DNA from: Rhina ancylostomus | Taxonomy: Eukaryota | Assembly (NCBI GenBank): GCA_030265395.1 | Contig: JARFYF010000056.1 | Span: 14,384,918 to 14,448,917, forward strand | Length of the DNA: 64,000 nucleotides | Direction: 5' to 3' | Part shown: positions 1 to 13,900 of the stretch, in pieces | Position numbering within the stretch: the stretch's first letter is position 1 | Layout: the number at the start of each line of letters is the position of its first letter | The notes under the pieces: generated by a model | The model's input: the letters and a program-made list of their open reading frames with translations, nothing else | Databases searched by the model: none | What the model was told of the DNA's origin: nothing | Position numbers and translations under genes: made by a program

Positions 1-392
1 GGGACCTTCCTCACCCAGAGAGTGGTAAGTGCCTGGAAAGCACAGCCTGAGAGCATGGTTGAAGCAGGATCACTAAGAGCATTTAAATGTTGAGATGAAC
101 CCTTGAATTGCTTAGGCAAAGAAGGGCTATGGACCCCTTCAAAGAAGTTCTTGATGAATGAGGGTGATGAGTGGACACAGGCAAATATTCTTGACAATCT
201 TTATGGATGAGTAAGGATTTAATAATTGCTCTGGAGCTGAAGGTGTGGTGTAGTGAAGTGAATATACTGTATATTGCACTAATGTATGAAAAGAGTTGAT
301 TGGACTTCTTTTGATTCATGGGGTTATGAGGGGTGCTCACTGGTCGGCATGGATGAGTTGGGCCAAATGGCCTGTTTCCATGGTGTATGATT
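1..392 (+). mobile_element. Degenerate CR1 LINE 3' end fragments
   Basis: ttcctcacccagagagtggtaagtgcctgga ... tggtcggcatggatgagttgggccaaatggcctgtttcc, the same tail as other CR1 copies in the window. Confidence 0.6.
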
Positions 393-2484
393 CTCTGGTC
401 ACTCTGGTCATCAAGAGAAGGAACAGGGCATGCTTGAGGGTTTCTGGAGAAGATGAACAGAGGGATTCACAGAGTATAGCAGTGTTACGGTCTTGGTGAC
501 AGAGTCAATGGAACTGAAATTTGGAGGCAGGATAGAACATGCTACTGCTGTTCCATAGCACCTTTAGCATCCCTGACTGCAGATGATTTCCTACTACAGT
601 ATTTCCTGGTGTCACCTCAGATTTTTTGAATAAAATTGTCTCCTCCTACTGATCCTTATGCCACTGGAAAGAATTATTCCTATTTAAGCTGTCCAGACAA
701 CCTTTGAACACTTCTCTCAAAAATACCTTTCTTATCCTTTTTATAACTCCATCTACTTTTACATAATAAAAATAGAGAGTGCTGGGAACTCTCAGTATGT
801 CAATGGCCTGAAATGTCAATTCTCTTTATGTAAAGTGCCTGGCCTGCTTAATATTTCCATTTTTTTCCTGATTTCCAGCATCTATGATTGTTTTACTTTT
901 CATTCCAGTTTATTTTCTATTCATTTATGGGATGAGAATGCAGCTGGCAAGGCCAGCATTTATTGTACATCCTCAGTTATACTCGGGTAGGTGAAGGTGA
1001 GGAACCTATAGTGCTGTGAGTTGATTACTCATCTACTTCAGAGAAGAGTTAAAGGCAACTATGTTATTAGAGTCACAAAGGGGTTATATTGGGAAAGGAC
1101 ATTACTGAACTGAATGGGCTTTACAAAAATCAACACCATTTGTAGCACTAATCTTTTACACCAGGTTTATTTAATTAACTGCATTTTAATACCCATACAG
1201 TTGTGATAAATTTGAAATCACATCTTCCCATTATTAATCCAGTCTACTGGATCACTAGTCCAGGAACATTAAGCTATCATATACATAAAACTTTGCAAAT
1301 CTTATCTTATTCCATCCACTCTATTAAATGTGTTCTGTGGCCTCAGCAAAGCAACCCTCCAGCATCTGCAGGTTTTTACTTTTTGTCCCATCTATCTTAT
1401 TTTCTCTGATTCCTTGGGTTCATTCAAGATTTAGCACAACTTTATTTGTTGTTGTACTCTTAAGAAACCTACTTATTTTTATTCCAACCCTGTGCTGGTA
1501 CCTCCAAAGATTTGCATAGAAACACTCCCAAGATTCCCTGTCCCCAATGTTTTTAAAATTGTATAATTTTGTCCATATTACTGAAGTATATCAATCACTT
1601 CCCACTGTTCTATATTGAATTTCATCTGCCCAGTTTTTCAGTTTGCACTCTCTTGAAATCTGTTATTACACTCCTGTTTTCTGTATTTCTTTAGTCAGAA
1701 ATGAATATGTATCCAGTCTAATTTACTCATTATTTGCTGTATATTTATATAATTTGCATGCTGCAAAGATCTTTTTATTTTAACATTAAGAAATAATGAA
1801 CAGTTGGCATGGTGTATTTCAATGCTTAAGGTGTCCCAACAACAGCCAGGAAAAGTAATCTTTTCTGGGTGGCATTCCAAGAAAAGAGTTGTTTCAAAGA
1901 AAGTCATTCTGATGTTTGAAGACTTCCACCTGCCTCATTCAGTCACTTTTCATCAATAACCACAACTCCTTGGACATCTACAGCCATTCCTCTTGACACA
2001 ATTCTCTGGCTAGTCACTTGTCCTCAGAACCCACCCCCTCCCCCAAGTTACTCCGATTAGTTACCTATCCTCTTCAATAGTTGTTAATCTCCTGAACTGT
2101 CAGTCCCACGTCCCTTACTCTGCCTAGTCACCTACCCTCTTCCTTGTCTCCAACTCAACCAGTTGAAACTTGAGGCAGATTACACTATTGCCTTCCCTAT
2201 TTCATGTTGTAAGATTATCCTGCTGGTCTAAGATCCTTGATATTTTATCCTCTTAAATATTTCTAACTCCCATCATAAGGTGCAGTTTCACAGGAAAAGA
2301 ACATCCTCCTGTTCACCTATTGACACATCAACCTTTGTGTGAACTTGAATGTGGTCTTTTGGAATGCTGGTTACCAAAAGTAATGTCCCTTCCACACAGC
2401 CCCACAGGGCTCCTCCCAAAACCCATTGGGCACCCCACCAAGTTTGTGCCTCACCCTTTGTTTCTGCAGCATATCAGCAGGGAC

Positions 2485-2830
2485 TCAGAGGGCAGCACTC
2501 TCTCCTTGAGAAGGTTGAGGGTTTAAATCTGGCTTCAGGGGCTCCATCAAAATACCTGCTTGGACGCTGCAGTTAAATGCCGAGGAAGAGCTGTACTCCC
2601 TGAAGTGCAATCTTTTGGATGTGTAGTTAAACCTACCTTCTCTCCAAGGTGAACACAAATGATCCCATGATACTATTTCAGAGAAGAGCAGAGGAATTAT
2701 CCCTGGAGTCCTGGTCAATATTTATCCTTGATTCAATATCACTTAAACTGATGATCTGATCTATGATCACGTTGTGTTTGGGAGAGCTTGCTGTCTGCAA
2801 GCTGGCTGCATATTATCTATGTTATAAGTA
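2485..2830 (+). mobile_element. Ancient Deu-domain SINE (SacSINE/AmnSINE-like)
   Basis: gaagagcagaggaattatccctggagtcctggtcaatatttatcc...gggagagcttgctgtctgcaagctggctgca; related copies near 10890-11230 and 39710-39990. Confidence 0.55.
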
Positions 2831-5474
2831 TTAANNNGGATGACCCTAGGTTGTGAGAGGCACTGTACTGTATGTATAAAACACCAAACTATCCTTTTCC
2901 TTTGGATTCCTTTCACCACTGTAAACATGATAGCACGCAGCTGCTACAGGACACGAATGTTGCCATGGAGACCAATAGAGGCAGCCTATAAACTCCAGCT
3001 GTTTGACTGTTTTGCAGAACAATGCCACCCCATCCCCACCTCACCCTCTGCCCCGTGTTGTGGTGCCAGTGCACATCATGATCCCAAACAATAAGAGGTC
3101 GCTCTTTATTATTCACTTACGTTTTCTGTGCATTGTGCTAACTGGAATTAGCGACGGAGTTTAACCTCAGCACTGACTGAAGCATTGATGGCTAGGTGGG
3201 GATCGATTTCCTTTTGTATTATTAACAAGGGGCAAGGTTTTATTTGTGCTGTCAGTATTTATTTATCATGAAACAAATAGTTGTCTGGTTAAAGACAATG
3301 CTCTACTTTAGGGGTTGGAACAAAGAATCTGCTGCTGAACACCTGCCTTTGCAATTGGAATCACCATCTCCACTTTGCCCAGAGAGTAACAGTCCTTTAA
3401 TGAAGGTAACAAGGCAATTACAACCACAACTTTCAATTGTACAGCACCTTTAACATGGTGAAATGTTCCTCAAGAGCTGTATTAGACTAGATTAAATTTG
3501 GCAGTAAGCCACAGAAGACTTAGTTAGGTGACCAAAAGCTTGATGCAAGTTCTTAAGAGTGTCTTAAAGGATTAGAGAGGTGGACAGTTTTAAGGAAGGA
3601 ATGCTGAGCCGAGGGCCAAGAGTGCTGAACGTACAAGTGCTGAACGTACAACCACCAAGGGGGAATGTACATGAGACCAGGACCAGAGGAGCACCGAGTT
3701 CTTGTAGGACAGTAGGGCCGGAGTAGGTGTGAGATGCAAGGTGATGGATGGATTTGAATACTGAGATAATTTTAACAAGGATGTATTGCTAAACCAGTGC
3801 CCAGTGTAATTAATGAGCACTGGTGGGTGAATGTGGGTCAGTTACCCAATGGCCACTGACCAGACCTCTGATGTTGATAGCTTAAAGAAAATCTATTGAT
3901 TTATGGATGAACTGAGGATAATATGGGTAAAGAATGGCTGGATGGAGGTGCTTCAAATAGTGAATAGGAAACTAAAGATGGGCAAGGAGGTTAAAGTATA
4001 ATGAAGCATAACCAGTGACTGATAATGCCAATACCAAGCTTCACACTTTAGGTGGAATCTTAAGGCTTTGGAAGTTGCAAAATAAATTTAGCAGAATTCT
4101 AGCAGGGACCAGAGTTATTTATGGAGACCAGAGAAGTTGGGGGTCGATCACTGTGGTGCAAGGGTAAAGTTGGCTGATGTGAAAATGGAAACAAGTGGGA
4201 GAAGGATGGGACCTGAGGGTTTGAAACTTAGCTCGGGAGTACATAGAACACCAGGACAGCCCAGCATCCTCCAGACCTACAATCTACTGTGGTAATTGTT
4301 TTCCTTTAATTCTGGCCTCAACCACAGATTTACTTTCTCCACCATTGTCTACAACACCATTCTATACACCTTTCTACCTTTAAGTTGCTGTCTAAAACCT
4401 GCCTCTCTGACTAAGCTTTTACTCTTTTGCTTTAAATCTCCTTACATAGTCCAATGTCAAAGTTTATTTCATAATGGTCCAGTAAAGCATCTTGGAATGT
4501 TTAGCCATGTTAAAGTGGCAACATAAAACAAACATCTGTTGTTGTGGTGCTCAGTCTGAGAAATGAACCAATGAATGTGATTAACAGAGGAAGAGGATGG
4601 AATTAGTCACAGACTAAAGTGGTTGTGATGGGGCCATAACAGAATGCTATTGTATTGGGAGCTACAATTTTAAGAAAAGTAGAGGTTCATTGTAGACTGC
4701 TCTCATGACCCACCTAAACTAGGCTGTGAGAAGTTGGCTTTCCTTGGCAGTGGGCAGAGCACAAATTGGGACAAAAATACAATAGCTCCAAAAGATACAG
4801 AAAACAGAACAATTCTCTACTTCTCACTCATTTTCAGAGAAAGTTCAGTGGTCAGCTCTCTGATTGCTTCAGTGGCAGCTGGACTTTCACAAAATTCCTG
4901 CTTCTCAGGTGAATAAAAAGAGTTCTAAATGTTTGCCCAGCCGAGAAAGGGCAGTTCAAATCCCCATTCAAACATATCCTGAAAATAAATTAAATCCTAG
5001 CAAATATTAATCCCTTAACTAACATCATTGGTTGTTGAATCCTAACCACAGACACTTGCCTGGGTAGCTCACCTCAAGAAAATGGCTCTCTTCTCTGGAT
5101 GTAACAAATAGTGTCTTTCCAACTCACCTGTTCCTTTGTTCTCCATCTTGTAGCTTATCAGCCTTTGCATTTCTGCAGGGAGAGGTAGAAACAAATCAGT
5201 GGGGACAATCCATGAATGAACACCAAACATTAACTCATGTTTTCCATGCAGAGTATCTGATTGAGTTTTTGTTCCAGTTTATAAAAATTAGCTTTACAGA
5301 GGAATAAAATGCCTTGTCAGGTAATGAGAAAATTGGAAAGAAATTAGTCAAGCCCATTCTCACAATGTCTTAAACAAACATAATTATTCTCCCAAGGAGC
5401 TTAACCAAATGCTGGATTCACAAAAGGATGAGTTGGTGAAGAAGTGGACTTCCTTTTGTGATTATTTGTGTAAG

Positions 5475-6210
5475 GAGGAGATCAAAGGATGTCCTAATGA
5501 TCTTTGAGATTCTAGAAGAGGGGAGATGGGTGAAGATGGTTTCAAGTGAGGGTGATGCCAAAGCTTGAAACCATAAACAATAGATAAAGAATCCCAAAGA
5601 AAGCAGTCTCTGTGGAAAGCAGAAAGGGGGAGAGAGGGGACGATGTGAGAGGTGGTGGAATTGTGTTGGAGCTGGTGGAAATGGCANNNNNNNNNNNNNN
5701 NNNNNNNNNNNNNNNNNAGGTGAGGACCAGGGGAATCTATGCTGTTATTCCTGGGAGGGGTTATGAGAGCAGCTTTGTGGGAAATGGAGGAAATATGTAT
5801 GAACGGAGGAAATAAAAGGGCTTCATCAACTACGGCAGAGGGGGAAGCCACACTTTTGAAGAAGGAGGACATTTTAGAAGCCCTGCTGCAGGTCTTATTT
5901 TGAGAACAGATGCAGTTGAGACAGAGAAATTGAGAAAAAGGGATGGCATCCTTACAGGAGGGAGGGAGGGTGGTTGGAGGAATAGTTGAGGTGGCTGTGG
6001 GAGTTGGTGGGTCTGTAGAAAGTGTCATTGGCAAGTCTGTCACCAGAGATGGAAACAGAGAGATCCAGAAAAGGAAGAGATGAATCAGGAATGGTCTCGG
6101 TAAATTGGAGGACAGAGTGGAAGTTGTTGGTGAAGGTGATGGAATCGATGAGTCTACACAGATGCAGAAGGCTGCACCAAAACAGTGTTGGTCTTTTACA
6201 TCCACCTGGC
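5475..6210 (-). mobile_element. Penelope-like retroelement fragment (RT C-terminus), frameshifted
   Basis: Minus frames give SLPFLDLSVSISGDRL...YRPTNSHSHLNYSSNHPP and SCKDAIPFSQFL..ICS, typical of the Penelope RT end. Confidence 0.75.
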
Positions 6211-7820
6211 AAGGTACATCTAGCAGATTTGGTTTAACATCACACCTGAAAACTGCACCTTCAACATTGCTGTACTTCCTTATTTCCCATTGGATAAGTC
6301 AGTCTAAGTTGTGCAAGGGCTTTCGAATGGGAACTGGATTCACAACCTCCTGTTTCAGAGGTCCGATACCATCCATTCAGCCAAGGCTAACAGCCAGTGG
6401 GTGATGGAGTCTCTCTCTCAGAAGTCTGGATTGCACAATAAATTGATAACTTTTAATAACTGTATTTCTGTTGGCAGTCTACCAATTACCTGGGTCATTT
6501 GTTTCAATTCAACTCTGTCACAGCGTTACATTACTGTTGTTTTGCATCCTTCACTGTATGTGCTTGCTCACGTTCACACAGGACATGATCCCCTGTGCCC
6601 CTTCCATCCCCCATGGCCATCCTTTACTGTAAGAAAGCTGTCCCACCAATGGANNNNNNNNNNNNNNNNNNNNNNNNNNNNNNNNNNNNNNNNNNNNNNN
6701 NNNNNNNNNNNNNNNNNNNNNNNNNNNNNNNNNNNNNNNNNNNNNNNNNNNNNNNNNNNNNNNNNNNNNNNNNNNNNNNNNNNNNNNNNNNNNNNNNNNN
6801 NNNNNNNNNNNNNNNNNNNNNNNNNNNNNNNNNNNNNNNNNNNNNNNNNNNNNNNNNNNNNNNNNNNNNNNNNNNNNNNNNNNNNNNNNNNNNNNNNNNN
6901 NNNNNNNNNNNNNNNNNNNNNNNNNNNNNNNNNNNNNNNNNNNNNNNNNNNNNNNNNNNNNNNNNNNNNNNNNNNNNNNNNNNNNNNNNNNNNNNNNNNN
7001 NNNNNNNNNNNNNNNNNNTAAGCCATAATATTTTGAGGGATAAAAATCAGAAATTGAAAACAATCTGACCACCAGATCACTAAGGAGGCAGGTCACTGTC
7101 TGACCACCAGCTATTCAAGCAGACAATGGCTCTAACTAACATTATGGCAGTAAATCAACCTAGGAATGAAATATAAAAACACACATGAAATGTCAAAGTT
7201 CCTCCCATACAGCTAATTTGCTAGACCAAGAAAAAGACCTTTAAATGGGTTGATCAGTTGGGCTGAGTACAGCTCACTACACTTGTCATCCCATTTAAAT
7301 AGAAGGAATTCTGAATCTAGTTCTGCAAAGTATCTGAAATCTGTATAAAATGGAATCTTTTCTGACTGAGAGATGAAACTGGATAGAGATACTGGGTAGA
7401 GGTAGGGCTGGATAATATGTGTCTGGCGCAAGTTGGTAGATAACGAGGGATCCATAGCTTTCTACTGAATAAAAGCTTTTCAAATTAACCTTCTCCAGAA
7501 AAACAAGCTGGACTGTAGTTGGTGCCCATCACGCCTAGGGTAAACTATCAAAAAAAGCAAAAATCAGCAGCTACTGGAAATCTGAAATAAAACTAAAAAT
7601 GCTGAAAATACTCAATAGGTCACACAGCATCTGTGGAGAAAGAGACAGAGCTAATGTCTCAGGTCAGTTCTGACAAACATGTCCCATTTTACCCTTTGAT
7701 TCAGGATAAGTGATATCACAGACTATCACAAAATTCTCAATATAAAAGTTCTAAAATGCTTTTTATCTTGATGATTTTACCCAAGTTCTTTTGACAAATT
7801 TTCTGTGTTTGTCTCTGCAG

Positions 7821-7922
7821 TTTCAGAACCTGCAGTTATTCAACGATATTATGCATCACTGGAAGAAAGATTCTTTCAGATAAGTGAGAAAGAACTAACC
7901 AAAATAAATACATTTTATGCAG
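7821..7922 (+). CDS. XPR1: XPR1-like exon 3 equivalent (SPX domain)
   Basis: tctctgcag acceptor, G|gtaaac donor, 102 nt, phase 1-1; (V)[33 protein letters not shown]. Confidence 0.92.
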
Positions 7923-10900
7923 GTAAACTCAAAATTGTCTTCTTTTTTATTTATACTCTTTGCCTTCTGTCTTATGAAATGAAGCAGTCATCAAAGGGAC
8001 AGATATGCCTAGCAACAAATTGGTACTTATGTAAGCCAGGCTAGTGTGGTGACATACCAAGGTGATCTTGCAGGGAAACTGTGCTCAAAGGGTAAGATTG
8101 GCAATGGGGCTGCAACATTGTCCTCCTTTAGCCTCCACTCCCGCTGAATGTGGTAACATGAAATTACCCTGAAGCAACCTGTTGCTAAAATTGATCAGGA
8201 AGAACAAANNNNNNNNNNNNNNNNNNNNNNNNGCCAATGACAAAAGGTTTGGAATGTAGTCCCTATTGATTTCTGAAATGAAATTAGTTTATGAAGAAAG
8301 GGTGAGCTGGTTGGTTCAATACTCACTGGTATTTAGGACAGAAGTATTCAAAATTCTAGTTGGCTGAGCAGATGCTGAGTGGATGATAAGATAAGATTTC
8401 TTTATTAGTCACCTGTACATCGAAACACACAGTGAAATGCATCTTTTGCATAGAGTGTTCTGGGGGCAGCCCGCAAGTGTCGCCACACTTCCAATGGCAA
8501 CATAATACGCCCACAACTTCCTAACCCATATGTCTTTTGGAATGTGGGAGGAAACTGGAGCACCCGGAGGAAACCCACACAGACACAGGGAGAACATATA
8601 AACTCCTTATAGACAGTGGCCAGAATTGAACCCGGGTCGCTGGGACTGTAATAGCTTTATGCTAACCGCTACTCTACCATGCCTGCCCTCTACATTACAG
8701 TGCCTGCCTTTCTTCATCAAAGGATGATTCCCTTTGATGAAGAATCTAGGACCGGGGCAAAGTTTCAAAATAAGGGATCGTCCAATTAAAGTGGAGAGAA
8801 GGAGGAGTTTTCATCTCAGATGTATTCTATCCCAGAGAGGTGTGAAAACTGAGTAATTGAATGATTTCAAGGCAGAGGTGGAGTGTTCCCTGGGCATTAG
8901 AGAGTCAAGTGTTAGAGGGAACTGGCAGGGAAGTGGAAATAAGACCAAGATCAGATCAGCTATGACCTCAGTGAATGGCAGAAAAGGTCCAAGGGACTGT
9001 AAATCCTACTCCTGCTTCTTTTCCTTATGTTCTAATAACTAAGGGAGTCTCCAGTGCTGAGGTTTCTACCATTCTCAGCAATACAAAGCCCAGAGCAAAA
9101 TCCCTAACTTTGAGAGACAAATGTAATTAGCTGCTGGGCCGTCAGATGATTTCAAAAGGTATAACTATACTTAATCTGATTCACTGCTTCTTTATCATAT
9201 GATCTTCCCTCTGCTCTTTATATCACTGGTACTCTCCAAGACTGTGCATCTGGATTTCGCTCCAGGTGGGGTTAGAGACTGAGGCAGAGACTAAATCAAC
9301 AATGAAGAGCTGATTTCTCAAAGTTACAAACAATAGTGATGGATTGGGAATAGCACCAATGGAGAGGATAAACTTTCTTTCCATTTTACCGTAATTCCAG
9401 ATCTCAAAACAAAACAATACTTCAACTTTAAAACGGAGATAAGGAAATAAATCAGATTAGTTCTATCTTAGTTCTATCTTGGTCTCTGCCCAGTCTGCCT
9501 AATCTCTTGTTGAGTGGTACTGCAAAACTACTGAAGAAAATTTTCAGATTAGTTAACTAATGTAATTACTTCTTCACCTGAAATTACATCTAAGGGAATC
9601 AATAGGATTCCTTGGCTTGATTGCAAGTTGCTCCAGCTGATGGCACTTCTCAGCTAAGTCCTTGCAATTACCTGGACACAACGGGGACAGTCACTGACTC
9701 TGGGAGATGTCGTGCAATATTTACCAAAGTAAACTTCAATGCACCAGTTAGAAAGAGAGCCACATTCTCCACTGAAAATGAAAATGGACACCAGCACTCC
9801 ATAATCTGAAGATAATGTTATTCCACCCAAATGACAACCAGAACCTTTCTTGCATTTACTTCTTCTCTCGCCTGTCACCAAACATAGACGGACAGAATGC
9901 AAAGCTAATGAACTGGACTCGGCAATATTTCAAATCATGCATGAGCCATCCTTGGGCAGATGGAAAGGAATTTCATGATCTGCCTCTTGCTCGTTACAGG
10001 TGCCAAGTATATTGATTCACATCAAACAACCCAACAGGTTGTTTAATAGGTAAAAACAAAATATTACTTAATTCACAGTTTTCCCTAGATAAGTGCCAAA
10101 ATTAGATGATGTGGTATGAGTACAGTGAACAGTGGGAGGCATTTTGTTTAGCAATAAGCAATCCTGTAAGTTAAGTTATTAATTATGTGTTTTACTTTCC
10201 TGCTGATTCCAGTTTCCTGTGGTGGATCGCGTCTACCTTTAACTCTGACTCATGTTGCTAGAATAAAATTATTAATGAATGAGAGCAATTCTTATGATGT
10301 GAATCCATGAGAGGCAGTCATCTTTAAATACAAATGTCTCTCTACCCTACCCCCCACATCTTCAGAGAAACTTGCAGAAGCCCAAAGAAGATTAGCAACA
10401 TTGCAGATTGAACTTGAAGCAGTACTTGATGCCCAGAGAGGGACTGATGCAAGATCATTGGGGCAATGGAGGACCATCCTTCTTAAACCACACAGGCACC
10501 GAGCACGACACAAGAAAATATGTGACCTGAAGCTGGCCTTCAGCGAACTCTACCTTAACCTAGTTCTACTGCAGAATTACCAGGTATGTGGGAGATCAAT
10601 CCAGCCCAACGAAATGGGTAGGATCCAGCAGAAAAAAATTAAGATATGTCATTATTGAAACTTTCAGATTGTACGTGGGGAGGACAGGGCCCATTCCAAT
10701 GACTCCATGGCCGTTACTAACACCGGCTGATGATCTGAATGGAAATGTGAAACAGAATGCATCGTCAATCTCAAATCCACTGTGAATGCGTTGTCATTCT
10801 CAAAAACACAGATCAAGGAGAGGGTCTCTGAATGGTCAGTGGTATCATGCCCACCTCTGGAGCAGAAGGTGGTGGATTCGAGACCACTCCATTGAATTTG

Positions 10901-13900
10901 GCGCAGAAGCACTTCATTGTGGTGCTGAAAAAGTACAACACTGTTGGAAGTGCTGTCTGTTGGATGTGATACTAAATATACCCTGACCTTGCTCTGCCCT
11001 CACATGTAGAAAAAAACACAGCCTCTATGGGTAGAAAATACTCAGTGTCCTGACCAACGTTTATTCCTAAAACTTTATAATTGCAATATTTGTTCACATT
11101 TCATCGATGATTATGGGACATATGCAAATTGGCTGCTGCAGTTTCCTATCCAGTAGGATTGACTGTTCATTAAAAGTCATCCTCTTCTTCATTTGTGGAG
11201 TGATTTGGGTTGTGCTGAAGTTGAGAAAGATGCAATACCTCTCTTACTAACACACCTGCTCCCTCAAAACATTGTGGATACTGCAGACCAAATGGAGCTC
11301 ACCAGGGAACATCGAACAAAGGTGAAAAACTGACGTCGAGCTGCAGATGAGCCCCGATCTGATTGAATGATGGGCCACTAATGAGCTCCTGCAGTAAATA
11401 ATCTCCCCAAAATCAAGAGAAGTTACAATGGTGAGAGGGAGAGTCAGAGACTGGAGTTCGGAGCTGATTTATTTTTCTGAAACAGCGTGGACCAATTTTG
11501 TCTTTAAATTTATTTATCCTTCAATCACCAATGTGATTCCATGACAGGTGTTCATCAGGCCATGGCTGAGATAACCAACAATGTGCCCTATCCCACAACA
11601 GCCTCTGGTGGAGAGAAGTGGGCAAGGGGGAGAGGGTGGGGAAGGAAGTATCTGTATGAGGTCAGGAAATAATCCATTGACTGATTTATCAATGTAATAA
11701 AAAATGATAGTCCCAAGGATATTTTAGATCCTCGTGTTGTCCCATCCTGGCCTAGTGACGCCCATACTCATAGTCATAGAGTCATACAGCAGAGAAACAG
11801 GCCCTTCATCCCGCTGGGTCCATGCCGACCATCAACCACCCATTTACACTCTACCTAATCCCATTTTATTTTCCCCACATTCCCATCAACTCCCCACAGA
11901 TTCTCCCTCTAAGCTACACTCCAGGGAAATCATCAGCCTCATCACCTTTACTTTCTGTCACTGACTGGACCTCTGCATTCAGCACATGGGAATCCATTCC
12001 TGGAAGGTATGCTATAGAAGAAGTTGTGGAATATTCCGAAGCGATGGAGCTTACATCTGCAGTAACTGCATCTGCTGGTTTCTTTGACTTGCTTAAGTTA
12101 GTTTGCTGTTGAGAGTCCAGAGAACAATTACTGACTGTGATATTTAAGTCAGTCACAGCTTTATCCATGTCGGGGTTCATGTTACTCGAAGAAACTTCAA
12201 TAGTAGAAATGGGCTTTGTGCTTGCAATTAGGTGTAGACTGGAACAACCGACATTAGGCGAGTCTGTGCATTTTTGGCAGTATGTTGGAAGCTTCTGCTC
12301 TGTGAAGCTTGTTTCTTCTGGAGATGCTTGCTTTCTCATTTCATACTTTTCAATTAATGATACAGACAAAGACTGATTCCTTTCCTCTGTACTTTCTTTC
12401 TCCTGCTGTTCACTATACCAATCATCTTGTTTTCCTTTCGGTTCAGGTAAGTCAACTTCATTTTCAGATTCTCGTTTATTTCCCAGTTCCTTAGCTACAA
12501 CTGTGTGGGAACGGTTTGATATTTCTTTCCTGGAGAACCCACTTTCCAACTCATCATCTGAACTACTTTGTTGCAATTTTATATCCTTTTTCTTTCTTTT
12601 ACGACTGGCTGCAGCAAAGATGGATGACACAAGCAGATCCCTGCTGTATTGATCCTTTCCGGATCCCCAAGAACCCTGTTAAATATGGAGGAAAATGTTT
12701 AAAATAAGAAATACATTTTTTCCATATTAATTATACTGAACACCAAACACTGAACTTTGAACTTTACAAATATATGCAAGATAAACGACTTTAAGTGGAT
12801 TATGCACCTTGAAAACAATGATGGAAAGAGAGACACTGAATGTTTCAGGTGGAAAACTTCATCAGAACTCAAACCTGAAATGGTTACTCTCTCTTTCTAT
12901 AGATGTTGCCTGACTCGTTAAATATTTCCAGCATTTCCTGTTCTTATTCCAGATTACAGCATGTGTACTTTTTTTGATTTTCATTGAAAATATCAGTTAT
13001 GAGGAATGTATTAAAAATGCTCTGGTTTACACATGACAGTGGCCAAATTTTCCATAGTGTAGTAATCAAAATCATACACCCAAGATATTTGACGATTGGG
13101 CAAAAGAAACATACATCATGTCTAGCATCCTCTCCCAGCTTTAGAATTTACAAATACAGTATGTGCCTTTGCTGCTTTGCAGTGAGTTGTTACTGTGTAA
13201 AGGGATATGCACAAAAGTAAGAAAAATGTGAATGTTACTTAACACCTTCTGGGTGCCTTGTATTTCATTTCATTTGAAGTAATCAGCGACAGAAAAGGAA
13301 ACAACATTTTCTGGGCCAGGGACAAAGTATTCAACTTTTTTCTTTCTCCTCCCATTTCCCTGAAATGCTCACAGAATAAACAACAACCAGGGGATTTAAA
13401 TTATTGCTCCAGAGTTCAGCCATAGGATACTTAATGTACAATCCCACCATGTGGTCTCTGCCATTCTTAAATGCACTCACCGAAAACTATGGTGTATAGC
13501 AGCAACAAATTGATTGATTGATTAAAATAATACCACTCAAATATTTGAAGATAGATAGTTTAAAATGGTGCTGTACGTGAAGCTTTATGAAGCTGTATAG
13601 TAGATAATGAAGATTCAAGCACATTAAACAATCAAGAACTTAATTCAATACATCACCTTATGCAACTGGCTAAAAACTGAGATGCTCAATCCTAATTAAT
13701 TTGGAACAATTTACAGAAGATAACTTTTTTGTAATCTCATTCCAGTTCCAAAATGTGGTTCTGCTTAAACATCATTAACCTAATTGCTTTGCAGGTCCTA
13801 GTTCCACATTGACCAATCAAATTCAAAGCCTGTACACATCAGAGATTATCATATAACAGCAAGGATTGGAACCCTTTCTATCTATACTTGGGTTTGAACT

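Noticed and set aside
3283-3345. LKTMLY resembling XPR1 exon 2 (FKDMLY)
   Set aside because: No in-frame acceptor or donor giving a roughly 52-nt exon, and no further similarity; exons 1-2 probably lie upstream or in a gap.
4838-4908. Exon-like segment with a good acceptor and a CAG|gtgaat donor
   Set aside because: 71 nt with no XPR1 similarity in any frame; it would shift the frame, so at best a cryptic exon.
6311-7096. Long ORFs in the ORF track
   Set aside because: They are artefacts of translating through N runs.
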